From positions 1 to 44,619 of the forward strand of contig CAZZXB010000006.1 in assembly GCA_964658025.1 (NCBI GenBank): a stretch of 44,619 nucleotides of DNA, in the 5' to 3' direction. A program made the translations under genes and the position numbers. The notes below the pieces were generated by a model, which was not told where the DNA came from, did no database searches, and saw only the letters and a program-made list of their open reading frames with translations. Positions 1 through 10,005 of the stretch are shown in pieces. The first letter of the stretch is position 1; the number at the start of each line of letters is the position of its first letter. The DNA comes from an uncultured Janthinobacterium sp. (lineage in GTDB: Bacteria; Vulcanimicrobiota; Vulcanimicrobiia; Vulcanimicrobiales; Vulcanimicrobiaceae).

Positions 1-2
1 GG

Positions 3-1541
3 ACGCTCGCGGCCGACGCCACGCGCGCGCTCGCGAGCGCGATCGACATCGCCGATATCGAGCGCATCCGCGATCGCGGACGCTTTCACGGCCTCGTCGA
101 CGCGACGGTCGCGCCGATCTGGAATGCCTTCGCGACCGAGGTCGCCGCGGACGTCTCGCGCGAACTCGCGCGGATCGAGCGCGGCCACGCGAACGTCCGC
201 GCGGCCGAGTTCGCGGCGACGCGACTCGGCGGCGAACCCGGAACGGGCGCGTGGTCGCGCGATCTCGCGCGCGGGATCGCATCGACGATCGTCCTCGGAG
301 CGATCGGCGGTCCGACCGTGACCTTCGTCCACGCGGTCGCGAGCGCGTTCGCCGCGCGACCGCACGGAACGTACATGAAACGCGAGCTCGGCGGCGATCT
401 CTCGACGACGATCTTTCCGACGTTCGGCCGCGACGTCGAGAGCTACGTCGCGCAGATCGCGGCGCGCGTCGCGCTCGTCTACGCCGACGCTTCCGAAGCG
501 ATCGAACGCGAACGCGCCGTCGCGCGCGTCGAGACGCTCGATCCGATCGAGCGGGCGCTCTACATCACGGGCGATCCCGAAGCCGAACGCGCGGAGCGTT
601 CGCGCTTGCGCGCCGTGGCGACCGAACTCGCGCACGTCGACGCGCTGCTCGCCGAACTCGACGCGGACGCGCCGGAACGGACGGGCGAGGATCGAACGCC
701 GGCGGAGACGGCGGCGCGCGAGACGCACGCGTTCGATGCCGATTCCTACGACGCCGCGCTGCATCCGGAACGTTATCGCGTCGTGCTCCTGGGGGCGCTA
801 CGGCGCGGAAAATCGAGCCTCATCAACGCGGTCGCGGGGACGCGCCTCCTCCACGACGACTCCGCGTCGGAAGCGCTCTTCCCCGTGCACGTGCGCTACG
901 GCGAACGCGAGCGCGCGTACGCGCTCGGCGACGGCGGCGCGTGGAACGAGATCGCGATCGCCGAAGCGATGGCGCGCGCCGCGGGTTCGCCCGTGCTGAT
1001 CGAGACGCCGTGGCGGATGCCGCGTCAGCTCGTCCTCGTCCACGCGCCCGCCTTCGACAGCGGCAACGACGAGGCCGAGACGATCGCGCTCGCCGCCGCA
1101 CGCAACGCCTCCGAAGTGCTCGGACTCTTCTCGCGACAACTCTCCGATCGCGAACTCGCGCTGTACGAACGCGTCGCGACGTTCGAACGCCCGATGCTCC
1201 TCGCGCACACGATCGCCGACAACGAGACGGCCGCGGAACGACGGACGGTCGTCGACCTCGCCGGCCGTTACGTTCGCGAACGCGGGATCGTCGTGCCGCG
1301 CATCTTCACGATCTCCGCGCTCGACGCGCTCGAGAGCGCGGAGACCGGTCGGCCGGCCGCACCGTGGAACGAACTCGCCGCACTCCGCGAAACGCTCGTC
1401 GCGCACGCCGAAACGCACATGGCCAAGAATGCCGAACGCGCGAAACGTAACGGCGCGTCGGGCGCTCCCCTACCGCCAACCGATGCCTCGGCACCGAAAC
1501 TTCGCGGCGCGCTCGACCGTCTCTTCGGGCGCAAGAAGTGA
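3..1541 (+). CDS. Dynamin-like protein, 5'-truncated by the window edge; helical region followed by a degenerate C-terminal G domain
   Basis: The frame of ORF 318..1541 is open back to base 3 (TLAADATRALASAIDIADIERIR...). It has the dynamin-type P-loop VVLLGALRRGKSSLINA (792-815) followed by PVHVRYG, and a hydrophobic paddle-like segment GIASTIVLGAIGGPTVTFV. Confidence 0.75.
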   Translation, partial: TLAADATRALASAIDIADIERIRDRGRFHGLVDATVAPIWNAFATEVAADVSRELARIERGHANVRAAEFAATRLGGEPGTGAWSRDLARGIASTIVLGAIGGPTVTFVHAVASAFAARPHGTYMKRELGGDLSTTIFPTFGRDVESYVAQIAARVALVYADASEAIERERAVARVETLDPIERALYITGDPEAERAERSRLRAVATELAHVDALLAELDADAPERTGEDRTPAETAARETHAFDADSYDAALHPERYRVVLLGALRRGKSSLINAVAGTRLLHDDSASEALFPVHVRYGERERAYALGDGGAWNEIAIAEAMARAAGSPVLIETPWRMPRQLVLVHAPAFDSGNDEAETIALAAARNASEVLGLFSRQLSDRELALYERVATFERPMLLAHTIADNETAAERRTVVDLAGRYVRERGIVVPRIFTISALDALESAETGRPAAPWNELAALRETLVAHAETHMAKNAERAKRNGASGAPLPPTDASAPKLRGALDRLFGRKK

Positions 1542-1566
1542 CCGGACGGTCCGAGGGGCGCCTTCC

Positions 1567-2751
1567 GTGCGTCCCGAAGCGCAACACGTGAATCGCGCCT
1601 ACACCGTCGGTCCGACGTGGCTCGCGACCGGCTCCGGAGAACGCTTCGTCGGCCGCATCGCCGTCGAGAACGGTCGCATCCGCGACGTGCTGCCGGGCGA
1701 AGGCCCGAGCGACGTGCGCGTTCCGCCGGGGAGCACGATCAGTCCCGGGATGATCGACGTCCACACGAACGGCGCGAAAGAGGCGCTCTTCAATCGCGAT
1801 CAGGGCAACGCCGTCGGCGTCGCGTCGCACGACTACGCCGCGCACGGCGCCACCGCGTTCGTCGCGACGATCATGACGGCGCCGTGGGAATCGATGTTGC
1901 ACGCCGCGGGCGAGGTCGCCGAGAGCGCGCACGCGCTCGCCGACGGTCCGGCGACGGGCGCGCGTTGCCTCGGCATCCACGTCGAGGGACCGTTCCTCAA
2001 TCCGAAATTCCGTCGCGTCCATCGCGGCGACTGGTTGCGCACCGCGAACCTGGAGCGCGCCCGCGAATTACTCGACGCGTGTCGCGGGACGTTGCTCGCG
2101 ATCACGATGGCGCCGGAAGTCGACGGCGTCGACGAAGTGGCGCGTTTCTTTCACGATCAGGGCGTCGTCGTCTCGGCGGGACATACGTCGGCGAAATATC
2201 GCGACGGCATGCTCGCGATCGGCCTCGGCTTCCGCACGCTCACGCACGCGTTCAACGCGATGCCGCCGCTCGACCATCGCGAGCCCTCGCTCCTGGCGTC
2301 GTTCATGCAGGACGCGCGCACGAGCGTTCAGGTGATCTGCGACGGCCACCACGTCGCGCCCGTCATGGTCGATCTGCTCTATCGCATGCTCGGCGAGCGC
2401 TTGATCCTCGCGACCGATTACATGGCCCCGGCGGGCGCCGGATACCGCATCGAAGGCGGCGTCATGCGCGCCGAGGACGGCACGGTCGCGGGGAGCGCGC
2501 TCCACGTCGATGCCGCCGTCCGCAATCTCATGTCGTACGCGTCGCTTCCGTTCGAGCGTGCGATCGTCGGCGCGACGGCGGCTCCCGCGAGGATGCTCGG
2601 CATGGAACGCGAGTACGGAACGCTCGCGGCCGGGAAGCGCGCGGACTTCACCGTCTGGGACGAGGAGTACCGCGTCGTCGGAACCGTCGTCGACGGCACG
2701 CCCGTGTACGGCGCGCGCGCGTTCGACGCGTCGCACGCCTCCGTCGGCTGA
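1567..2751 (+). CDS. nagA: N-acetylglucosamine-6-phosphate deacetylase
   Basis: Motifs PGMIDVHTNG, GIHVEGPF, SAGHT, THAFNAM, DGHH, ATD, AGS. Start placed at GTG 1567 after GAGGGG; GTG 1588 is an alternative. Confidence 0.9.
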   Translation: MRPEAQHVNRAYTVGPTWLATGSGERFVGRIAVENGRIRDVLPGEGPSDVRVPPGSTISPGMIDVHTNGAKEALFNRDQGNAVGVASHDYAAHGATAFVATIMTAPWESMLHAAGEVAESAHALADGPATGARCLGIHVEGPFLNPKFRRVHRGDWLRTANLERARELLDACRGTLLAITMAPEVDGVDEVARFFHDQGVVVSAGHTSAKYRDGMLAIGLGFRTLTHAFNAMPPLDHREPSLLASFMQDARTSVQVICDGHHVAPVMVDLLYRMLGERLILATDYMAPAGAGYRIEGGVMRAEDGTVAGSALHVDAAVRNLMSYASLPFERAIVGATAAPARMLGMEREYGTLAAGKRADFTVWDEEYRVVGTVVDGTPVYGARAFDASHASVG

Positions 2752-2767
2752 CGCCGAGGCCGCGCGA

Positions 2768-5068
2768 TTACGAGACGAGCGCCGTCGCCGACTCGGCGGA
2801 CTCGGCTCGGCCTTCGTCGGAACGCATGACGACGCAATTCTTCCCGCCCGTTTTCGCCGCGTAGAGCGCCGCGTCGGCGCGCGCGAGCAGATCGCGCGCG
2901 GTCACGCCGTCCTGCGGATAGACGGCGATCCCGACGCTCGTGCTGACCCGGTACGTGCGATCGGCGATGTCGAACGGTCGCCGCATCACGGTCAGCACGC
3001 GATTCGCGAGCGACGCCGCCTCGCGCGGGCTCGCGACGTTCGGTTGCACGATCACGAACTCGTCGCCACCGAAGCGGCCGATCAAGTCCCCGTCGCGCGT
3101 CGCCGTCTGGAGCCGCCGCGCGGTGACTCGCAGGAGCGTATCGCCCGCCTCGTGACCGCCCGCGTCGTTCACGCTCTTGAAGCCGTCGAGATCGAGAAAG
3201 TGTACGGCGAACGAGACTCCCGCAACCGTGGAGCGCTCGATCTCGCGCTCGAGTCGCTCGAGCACGTGCGGACGGTTCGGGAGACCCGTGAGCGAATCGA
3301 AAAAGGCGAGCGAATCGAGACGATCGCGATGCTGGCGGCGCTCGATCGCGGTTCCGACGAGCGCGGAAACGAGCCGCGCGAAGTCGCGATCGTTCTCGGA
3401 AAACCGGACGCCGGGCTTCGCCGCGACGAAACCGATCGCGCCGAACGGACGACCCGCGACGGCGAGCGGAACGGCGAGGTACGCGGTGATGCCGGGGATC
3501 AGCCTCACGCTGCCGTCGTGCCAGCGCGGATCGCTCGGATCGTCGAGCGCGCGCAACTCGCCCGAGGCGATCGCGCCCTTCATCAGCGAATCCTCGAGGT
3601 CGAATCGATCGCCGACAAGGGAAGCCATCGATCCGACGATGTTGACGATCGTCGCGCTTTCGTCGCATCGTTCGGCGACGCACGCGCTGTCGACGCCGAG
3701 CATCTTGAGCGCGAGGGCGAGCGCCGCGTCGATCTGCGCGCTCGGATCCTCGGCGTGACCGGCCGCGATCTCGTAAAGCGCGCGCGTGCGATCGGCTTGG
3801 GCCTTGATCTCGGATTTGAGGCGTTCTTCCACGGTCACGTCGTGCGAGAGCACGTAGAATCCGTTGAAACGTTCGTTGACGACGATCGGCACGACGGCGA
3901 GCACGACCTCGATCGTTCCGCCGTCCTTGCGTTTGACGACCGAACGACAGTACGTCGCTCCGGCCGAGTCGGAATGGCGGAACGCATCGAGCGCCTCCGA
4001 GCGCGTATCGCTTCCGATCACGCGCTCCACGGGCTGCCCGCGGAGTTCGCTCGCCGAATATCCCGTCATCGCGACGGTCGCGGCGTTGACGTTCGTGAAC
4101 CGACGCTCGACGTCGATCGCGACGACGGCGTCGGGATGTTGCTCGAAGAGCGATCGGAACCGCTCGCGCTCCGTGCGCAGCTCGTGCGCCGCGTTGCGCT
4201 CGTCCGACACGTCGCGTAGCGTCGCGAGACAACACGGCGCCGCGCGCTCGTCGTCGGGGACGGGCGAGACGCCGACGAGCATCGTCCGATGCGAACCGAA
4301 ACGATCGACGAGCCGGAGTTCGGTCGAACCGATCTCCCCGCTCGCGATCGAACCCTCGAGGCGCGCCGCGAGTGCGAGATCGGTCTGCGCGCCGTAGAGC
4401 ACCGCGAGCGTCTTCCCGAGCATCTCCGACTCCTCGTAGCCGAAGAGTGCCGAGAAGGCGTTATTGACGTAGCGGCACCCGCTCGTGCCGTCCGCGTCGA
4501 CGTCGAACACGATGAGCGGATCGGATGCGTGCTCGACCGCCGACGCCAAGATCGAAAGTTGTTCCCCGCGGCCCTTCGCGGAGACGCGACGCGCGAGCAT
4601 CATGTCGACGACGGCGGCCGCGATCAACTCGAGCGACCGGAGCATCGACGCCGTGAGCGTCCTCGGGCGAACGTCGAGGATGCAGAGCGTGCCGACGGCG
4701 AGATTCGATTCGTCGTGGAGCGGGATCCCCGCGTAGAAACGCACGTGCGGTTCGCCCGCGACGAACGGATTCCCGACGAAGCGCGGATCTTCGAGCGTAT
4801 CGGGGACCACCATCGGCGTCGTGTTGACGATCGCGTGCGCGCAGAACGAATCCGAGCGCGCGAGTTCGCAGACGTCGACGCCGACCGTCGCCTTCATCCA
4901 TTGGCGATCGGCATCGACGAGCGAGACGAGCGCGACGGGCGCGTCGCAGAGATCGGCCGCGAGGCGTACCGCGGCTTCGAAACCCGGTTCCGAGCCCGTA
5001 TCGAGGATGTCGAGCGCGCGCAGGAATTCGAGACGTTCGGCCTCTCGCTCGGGAATCGGGATCGCCAT
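2768..5068 (-). CDS. Diguanylate cyclase, GAF-PAS-PAS-GAF-GGDEF
   Basis: N-terminal GAF (SFCAHAI, RFYAGIPL), two PAS-like segments, second GAF, DSLTGLPNR, DLDGFKSVND, intact RFGGDEF with upstream RxxD (RDGD) I-site. Start ATG 5068 or 5080. Confidence 0.92.
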   Translation of the reverse strand: MAIPIPEREAERLEFLRALDILDTGSEPGFEAAVRLAADLCDAPVALVSLVDADRQWMKATVGVDVCELARSDSFCAHAIVNTTPMVVPDTLEDPRFVGNPFVAGEPHVRFYAGIPLHDESNLAVGTLCILDVRPRTLTASMLRSLELIAAAVVDMMLARRVSAKGRGEQLSILASAVEHASDPLIVFDVDADGTSGCRYVNNAFSALFGYEESEMLGKTLAVLYGAQTDLALAARLEGSIASGEIGSTELRLVDRFGSHRTMLVGVSPVPDDERAAPCCLATLRDVSDERNAAHELRTERERFRSLFEQHPDAVVAIDVERRFTNVNAATVAMTGYSASELRGQPVERVIGSDTRSEALDAFRHSDSAGATYCRSVVKRKDGGTIEVVLAVVPIVVNERFNGFYVLSHDVTVEERLKSEIKAQADRTRALYEIAAGHAEDPSAQIDAALALALKMLGVDSACVAERCDESATIVNIVGSMASLVGDRFDLEDSLMKGAIASGELRALDDPSDPRWHDGSVRLIPGITAYLAVPLAVAGRPFGAIGFVAAKPGVRFSENDRDFARLVSALVGTAIERRQHRDRLDSLAFFDSLTGLPNRPHVLERLEREIERSTVAGVSFAVHFLDLDGFKSVNDAGGHEAGDTLLRVTARRLQTATRDGDLIGRFGGDEFVIVQPNVASPREAASLANRVLTVMRRPFDIADRTYRVSTSVGIAVYPQDGVTARDLLARADAALYAAKTGGKNCVVMRSDEGRAESAESATALVS

Positions 5069-5182
5069 ATCTGCAACCATCGTCGCGCGAGACGGGCGGA
5101 TTTACTCGGCCGGTTCGATCGCTTCGAGACGTGACCGACGTTGCAGCGGACGACGGCGTCCGCGCCGCGCACGTGCGCTCCG

Positions 5183-5932
5183 TCACGTCGGGACGGGCGG
5201 GGCCTCGCCGCCGGGATCCCCGCCGAGATAGGCGTTACGGACGTCGTCGCTCGCCGCGAGTTCCGCCGCCGGACCCTCGCGCACGACGCGACCGTTCTCG
5301 AGCACGTACGCGCGCGACGCGATCTCCAGCGCCTGTCGGGCGTTCTGCTCGATCAGGAGCACGGTCGTGCCGCGTGCGTTGACGTCGCGGATCACGCGGA
5401 AGATCGTCCGTACGAGTAACGGCGCGAGCCCGAGCGAGGGTTCGTCGAGTAAGAGCAGGCGCGGACGCGACATGAGCGCGCGACCCATCGCGAGCATCTG
5501 CTGTTCTCCGCCCGAGAGCGTGCCCGCGCGCTGCGCGAGCCGTTCGCCCAGGCGCGGGAACGTCTCGAGCACGCGCGCGAGATCTTCGGCACGATCGCGT
5601 TTCGACGCGCGGACGTAGGCGCCGAGTTCGAGATTCTCGCGGACCGTCATCCGCGCGAAGGTTCGCCGCCCCTCGGGGCTGTGCCCGATTCCGGCGCGCA
5701 CGATCCGATCGGGCGCGGCGCGCGTGATGTCCTCGCCCGCGAAGCGGATCCGCCCGACGCTCGCGCGCATGAGCCCGCTGATCGTGCGCAGGGTCGTCGT
5801 CTTCCCGGCACCGTTCGCTCCGACGAGCGTGACGATCTCGCCCGCCTCGACGCGTAACGACACGCCGGCGAGCGCGCGGATGCGACCGTATCGCACGTCG
5901 ATGGATTCGACGTCGAGCAGCGGCTCGCTCAC
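5183..5932 (-). CDS. livF: Branched-chain amino acid ABC transporter ATP-binding protein
   Basis: GANGAGKTT, PEGRR, LSGGEQQM, LLLLDEPSLGLAP; last gene of a liv-type operon. Confidence 0.93.
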   Translation of the reverse strand: MSEPLLDVESIDVRYGRIRALAGVSLRVEAGEIVTLVGANGAGKTTTLRTISGLMRASVGRIRFAGEDITRAAPDRIVRAGIGHSPEGRRTFARMTVRENLELGAYVRASKRDRAEDLARVLETFPRLGERLAQRAGTLSGGEQQMLAMGRALMSRPRLLLLDEPSLGLAPLLVRTIFRVIRDVNARGTTVLLIEQNARQALEIASRAYVLENGRVVREGPAAELAASDDVRNAYLGGDPGGEAPPVPT

Positions 5933-5969
5933 GAACGTCGCGCGCTCGCGACTCGCGACGCGGATCGCG

Positions 5970-6740
5970 TCACGCGTCGTCGTCCGCGCGGCCGAGATAC
6001 GCCTCGATGACCGCGGGATCGGCGCGCACCTCGGCGGGCGTCCCCTCGGCGATCTTCTCGCCGTGATCGAGCACGACGATCCGGTCGCTGATCCGCATGA
6101 CGAGGTTCACGTCGTGCTCGATCAGGAGCACCGTCGTGCCGGTCGCACGGATGCGCCGGACGAGTTCGAGCAGGTCGTCTTTCTCGCGCGGATTCATGCC
6201 CGCCGCGGGTTCGTCGAGGAGGAGCAGTTTGGGATCGCTCGCGAGCGCGCGCGCGATCTCGAGTCGCCGCTGCGCGCCGTACGGGAGCGCGTGCGCGTAG
6301 CGATCCGTTTCGTTCGCGAGCCCGACGAACGACAAGAGGTCGCGCGCACGTTCGCGGACCTCGCGTTCCTCGCGCCGTTGTCGCGGCGTGTGGACGACCG
6401 ATTCGACGAGCGACGCGCGCATGCGCGCGTGCCGCCCCGTCATCACGTTGTCCAGCGCCGACATGAACGCGAAGAGTCGGATGTTCTGGAACGTTCGCGC
6501 GATGCCGAGCGCCGTGATGCGATCGGTCCGAACGCCCGCGATCGCGACGCCGTCGAGCGCGATGTCGCCGCTCGTCGGCGGATACACGCCCGTCACGAGA
6601 TTGAACACCGTCGACTTTCCCGCGCCGTTGGGCCCGATGAGCGCGACGATCGACCCCGTTTCGACGGCGAACGACAATCCCGAGAGCGCGACGAGACCGC
6701 CGAACGTCCGGCGCAGGTCCCTCGTTTCGAACAGGCTCAC
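5970..6740 (-). CDS. livG: Branched-chain amino acid ABC transporter ATP-binding protein
   Basis: GPNGAGKST, IARTFQNIRLF, LPYGAQRRLEIARAL, DEPAAGMN, IEHD, VIEAYLG. Confidence 0.93.
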   Translation of the reverse strand: MSLFETRDLRRTFGGLVALSGLSFAVETGSIVALIGPNGAGKSTVFNLVTGVYPPTSGDIALDGVAIAGVRTDRITALGIARTFQNIRLFAFMSALDNVMTGRHARMRASLVESVVHTPRQRREEREVRERARDLLSFVGLANETDRYAHALPYGAQRRLEIARALASDPKLLLLDEPAAGMNPREKDDLLELVRRIRATGTTVLLIEHDVNLVMRISDRIVVLDHGEKIAEGTPAEVRADPAVIEAYLGRADDDA

Positions 6741-7789
6741 GGAACCGCCCGCGCGCCTTCGTATTCGGCGCCCTCGCGCGCGGCGAGCGCGGGATCGGCG
6801 AGCGCCTCGCGGAGTTCCGCGCGACGCGCGCGACTCGGCACGAGTCCCTCGGGCCGGAAGAGCATCATCGCGACGAGGATGCCGCCGTAGAGCGCGAAGC
6901 GGTAATTCGTGAAATCGAGATTCGCGAAGCCGAGTTGGTGAGCGATCGTGGTCGATTGCGGTAAGAGAAAACTATTGACGAACGAGAGGACGAGACTGCC
7001 GACGATCGCACCCGTCACGCTACCCATCCCGCCGAGCACGAGCATCGAGAGGACGAGCACGCTCACGTTGAATTGGAATTGATCGGGCGAGACGAGATCG
7101 AGTTTCGCCGCGTACGCGACGCCCGCGAGCCCGCTGAACGACGCGCCGAGCGCGAAGGCGGAGAGCTTCGCGACGGTCGTATCGATGCCCATGTGGCGGG
7201 CGGCGAGTTCGTCCTCGCGGATCGCGATCCAACTCCGTCCGAGGCGACTGCGCTCGAGATTCGTCACGACGAGGATCGCGAGCACGACGAGACCGAGGAG
7301 CACGTAATAATACGGCACGGCGCTGAAGCCGAACGCGCGTCCGAAGAGCGACGGCTGGTCGAGCGAGTTGATGCCGTTGGGTCCGTTCGTGTATTGCGTG
7401 AGGTTCAGGAACGTCTGCGGGACGATCTCGCCGAACCCGAGCGTGACGATCGCGAGGTAGTCGCCGCGCAGACGCAGCGTCGGCGCGCCGAGCACGATGC
7501 CGAAGACGCCCGCGATCGCCGCGGCGACGAAGAGCATGATCCAAAACGGGATGTGGATGCCGAACTGCGGGCTCGCGAGCATCGCGTAGGCGTACGACCC
7601 GATCGCGAAAAACGCGGCGTACCCGAGATCGAGCAATCCCGCAAACCCGACGACGACGTTGAGTCCGAGCGCGAGCAAGACGAACGCGCCCGCGTTCGCG
7701 AGAAAATCGACGTGCGCGTTGTTGCGATCGACGAGCGGGAACGCGAGCGAGATCGCGAGCACGGCGATGCGGAACGCGCGCGCGCGCAT
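6737..7789 (-). CDS. livM: Branched-chain amino acid ABC transporter permease
   Basis: LGLNVVVGFAGLLDLGYAAFF, LRLRGDYLAIVTLGFGEI, AIREDE. The true start ATG 7789 overlaps the livH stop (TGATG). Confidence 0.92.
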   Translation of the reverse strand: MRARAFRIAVLAISLAFPLVDRNNAHVDFLANAGAFVLLALGLNVVVGFAGLLDLGYAAFFAIGSYAYAMLASPQFGIHIPFWIMLFVAAAIAGVFGIVLGAPTLRLRGDYLAIVTLGFGEIVPQTFLNLTQYTNGPNGINSLDQPSLFGRAFGFSAVPYYYVLLGLVVLAILVVTNLERSRLGRSWIAIREDELAARHMGIDTTVAKLSAFALGASFSGLAGVAYAAKLDLVSPDQFQFNVSVLVLSMLVLGGMGSVTGAIVGSLVLSFVNSFLLPQSTTIAHQLGFANLDFTNYRFALYGGILVAMMLFRPEGLVPSRARRAELREALADPALAAREGAEYEGARAVP

Positions 7790-8706
7790 CAAACTTTTTC
7801 GGGGAGCGATTCGCCGAGCAATCCCGTCGGTCGGAAGATCAGGACGAGCACGAGCACGGAGAACACGACGACGTTCGCCCATTGCGCGCCCTGCGGCACG
7901 TACTGCGTCGCGATCGACTCGACGAGCCCGATCGCGAACCCCCCGAGCATCGCCCCCGCGATGTTCCCGATCCCGCCGAGGACGGCCGCCGTGAACGCCT
8001 TGAGCCCCGCGTTGAAGCCGTTGAAGAACCACGTGGTGCCGTAATAGACGCCGCTCACGAATCCGGCCGCGCCCGCGAGCGCGCTTCCGATGAGGAACGT
8101 GATCGCGATCGTGCGGTTCACGTCGATCCCCATGAGTAACGCGGCGTCGCGATCCTGCGCGGTCGCGCGCATCGCCTTTCCGATCTTCGTCTTGCCGATG
8201 AAGAGTTGCAACGCGACCATGAGCGCGAGCGCGAGCGCGATGACGAGCCCCTGCTTCGCCGAGATCGCGATCCCCGCGATCTGGACCGACGGATTGGGGA
8301 TGACTTGCGGGAACGGCACGGGCGAGGGTCCGCGCCAGAGCTGCATCACGTTTTCCAAGATGAACGACATCCCGATCGCCGTGATGAGCGGCGCGAGCCG
8401 TGGGGCGTTCCGTAGCGGCCGGTACGCGAGCCGTTCGATGAGGATGCCCACGAGACCGCAGAGGACCATCGACGCGAGGACCGTGCCGAGGACGATCGGT
8501 AGGAGCAACGGACCGTGCACCTCGCCCGTGACGCCGAGCGCCGCGAGGATCGCGAGCGAGAAAAACGTGCCGAGCGTGTAGACGTCGCCGTGCGCGAAGT
8601 TGATGAGTTCGATGATGCCGTAGACCATCGTGTATCCGAGCGCGATCAGCGCGTAGATCGCGCCGAGCGAGAGTCCGTTGACGATCTGCTGGAGGAAGAC
8701 GTCCAA
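7789..8706 (-). CDS. livH: Branched-chain amino acid ABC transporter permease
   Basis: GAIYALIALGYTMVYGIIELINFAHG, GKAMRATAQD, KAFTAAVLGGIG, RPTGLLG. Confidence 0.93.
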   Translation of the reverse strand: MDVFLQQIVNGLSLGAIYALIALGYTMVYGIIELINFAHGDVYTLGTFFSLAILAALGVTGEVHGPLLLPIVLGTVLASMVLCGLVGILIERLAYRPLRNAPRLAPLITAIGMSFILENVMQLWRGPSPVPFPQVIPNPSVQIAGIAISAKQGLVIALALALMVALQLFIGKTKIGKAMRATAQDRDAALLMGIDVNRTIAITFLIGSALAGAAGFVSGVYYGTTWFFNGFNAGLKAFTAAVLGGIGNIAGAMLGGFAIGLVESIATQYVPQGAQWANVVVFSVLVLVLIFRPTGLLGESLPEKV

Positions 8707-8710
8707 GCGC

Positions 8711-9946
8711 TTACGACTTGAACACGAGCTGATCGACGAACGTCGGCGTGCCGTCCTTGACCCGGTAGAGGCTCAAGATCCCCGCGGTCGTATCGCCGTT
8801 GGAATCGAAACCGACGAGGCCGATCGGCGACGCGAACCCACGCGTCGCCGCGACGAGCGCGAGCGTTTCGGCGCGCGTCGGCACGTGCGACCCGTCCTTC
8901 GCGTAGGCCTTACGGATCGCCGCGATCTCGATCTTCGCCGCGGTGTACGCGTTCGCGCTGTACGGGCCGACCGCGACGCCGAAGCGCTTCCGATACGCGT
9001 CGACGAACGCGCTCGCGGCGGGAAGGTGCGCGGCGTCGGGCGCGGCGACCGTGAAGTACGCACCGTTCGCCATCTCGCCCGCGGACTTCACGAACTCCGC
9101 ATCGCCGATCCCGTCGCCGCCCATGTACGCGACGCTCCGCAACGCCGAATCGCCCATCTGCTTGCGCAGCAGGCCGCCGCCCGTCGAGGTCGTGCCGCCG
9201 AAGTATACGAGATCGGGATGGAGCGCGGCCGCCTTCGTGAGCAGCGACTCGAAATCGGTCTGACCCTTCGCGAGGTGCTCGTGCGCGAGGACCGTTCCGC
9301 CCGCACTCGCGAACGCCGTCGCGAACGCGTCGGAGAGACCGGTTCCGTACGTCTCGTTATCGTCGATCACGAAGGCTCTCGCGAAACCGAACTTGCGCGC
9401 GAAATGCGCGCCCGCCGGACCCTGCCGATCGTCGGTCGTCGAAACGCGGAAGTACGCGTTCGTATCCGGATGCGACGGTCGCAGTTTTTTCGCCGCGTCG
9501 CCCTTCGTGAGGCCGGTATTCGTGTTCGCCGGACTGATCTGCGCGAGCCCCGCGTCGTTCGTGATCGGGATCTCGGCGGTCGCGACGTTGGAATTGAACG
9601 GACCGACCATCGCGAGCACGCTCGCGTCGCTCACGAACTGCTTGACGTTCTGCGCGCCCTGACCCGGATCGTGCGTTCCGCCGACCGCATCGTCGAGATC
9701 GAAGGCGACGAAGTTGATCCCGCCGCCGGCGCGATTGGCCTCCTCGATCGCGAGCACCGCGCCGTTGCGCGTCGGGATGCCGGTCGAGGCGTCCGCGCCG
9801 CTAACGGGGAGATCGATGCCGATCTTCACGTCCGTCGCGTCGGAAGAGGCCTGCGACGTCTGCGCCGATTTCGGCGCCGAGCATGCGGCGAGCGACGCCG
9901 ACAGAAACACGGCGAGCGGCAAGCCGAGCCCGGAACACAATCGCAT
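8711..9946 (-). CDS. livK: Branched-chain amino acid-type ABC substrate-binding lipoprotein
   Basis: Lipobox SLAAC after start ATG 9946; KIGIDLPVSG, VGPFNS, QISPANT, YFRVSTTDDRQG, YGTGL. Actual substrate not determinable from sequence alone. Confidence 0.85.
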   Translation of the reverse strand: MRLCSGLGLPLAVFLSASLAACSAPKSAQTSQASSDATDVKIGIDLPVSGADASTGIPTRNGAVLAIEEANRAGGGINFVAFDLDDAVGGTHDPGQGAQNVKQFVSDASVLAMVGPFNSNVATAEIPITNDAGLAQISPANTNTGLTKGDAAKKLRPSHPDTNAYFRVSTTDDRQGPAGAHFARKFGFARAFVIDDNETYGTGLSDAFATAFASAGGTVLAHEHLAKGQTDFESLLTKAAALHPDLVYFGGTTSTGGGLLRKQMGDSALRSVAYMGGDGIGDAEFVKSAGEMANGAYFTVAAPDAAHLPAASAFVDAYRKRFGVAVGPYSANAYTAAKIEIAAIRKAYAKDGSHVPTRAETLALVAATRGFASPIGLVGFDSNGDTTAGILSLYRVKDGTPTFVDQLVFKS

Positions 9947-10005
9947 CGCTTTCGCGCTTAGCCCGAGGGAAAGTGCTTCCCTTTCGCCCGAATCTCGCGT
10001 ACGAC

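Noticed and set aside
9966..9982. AGGGAA-AGTGC-TTCCCT inverted repeat between divergent livK and the VanZ-like gene
   Set aside because: Only 6 bp arms; plausible operator but too weak to call.
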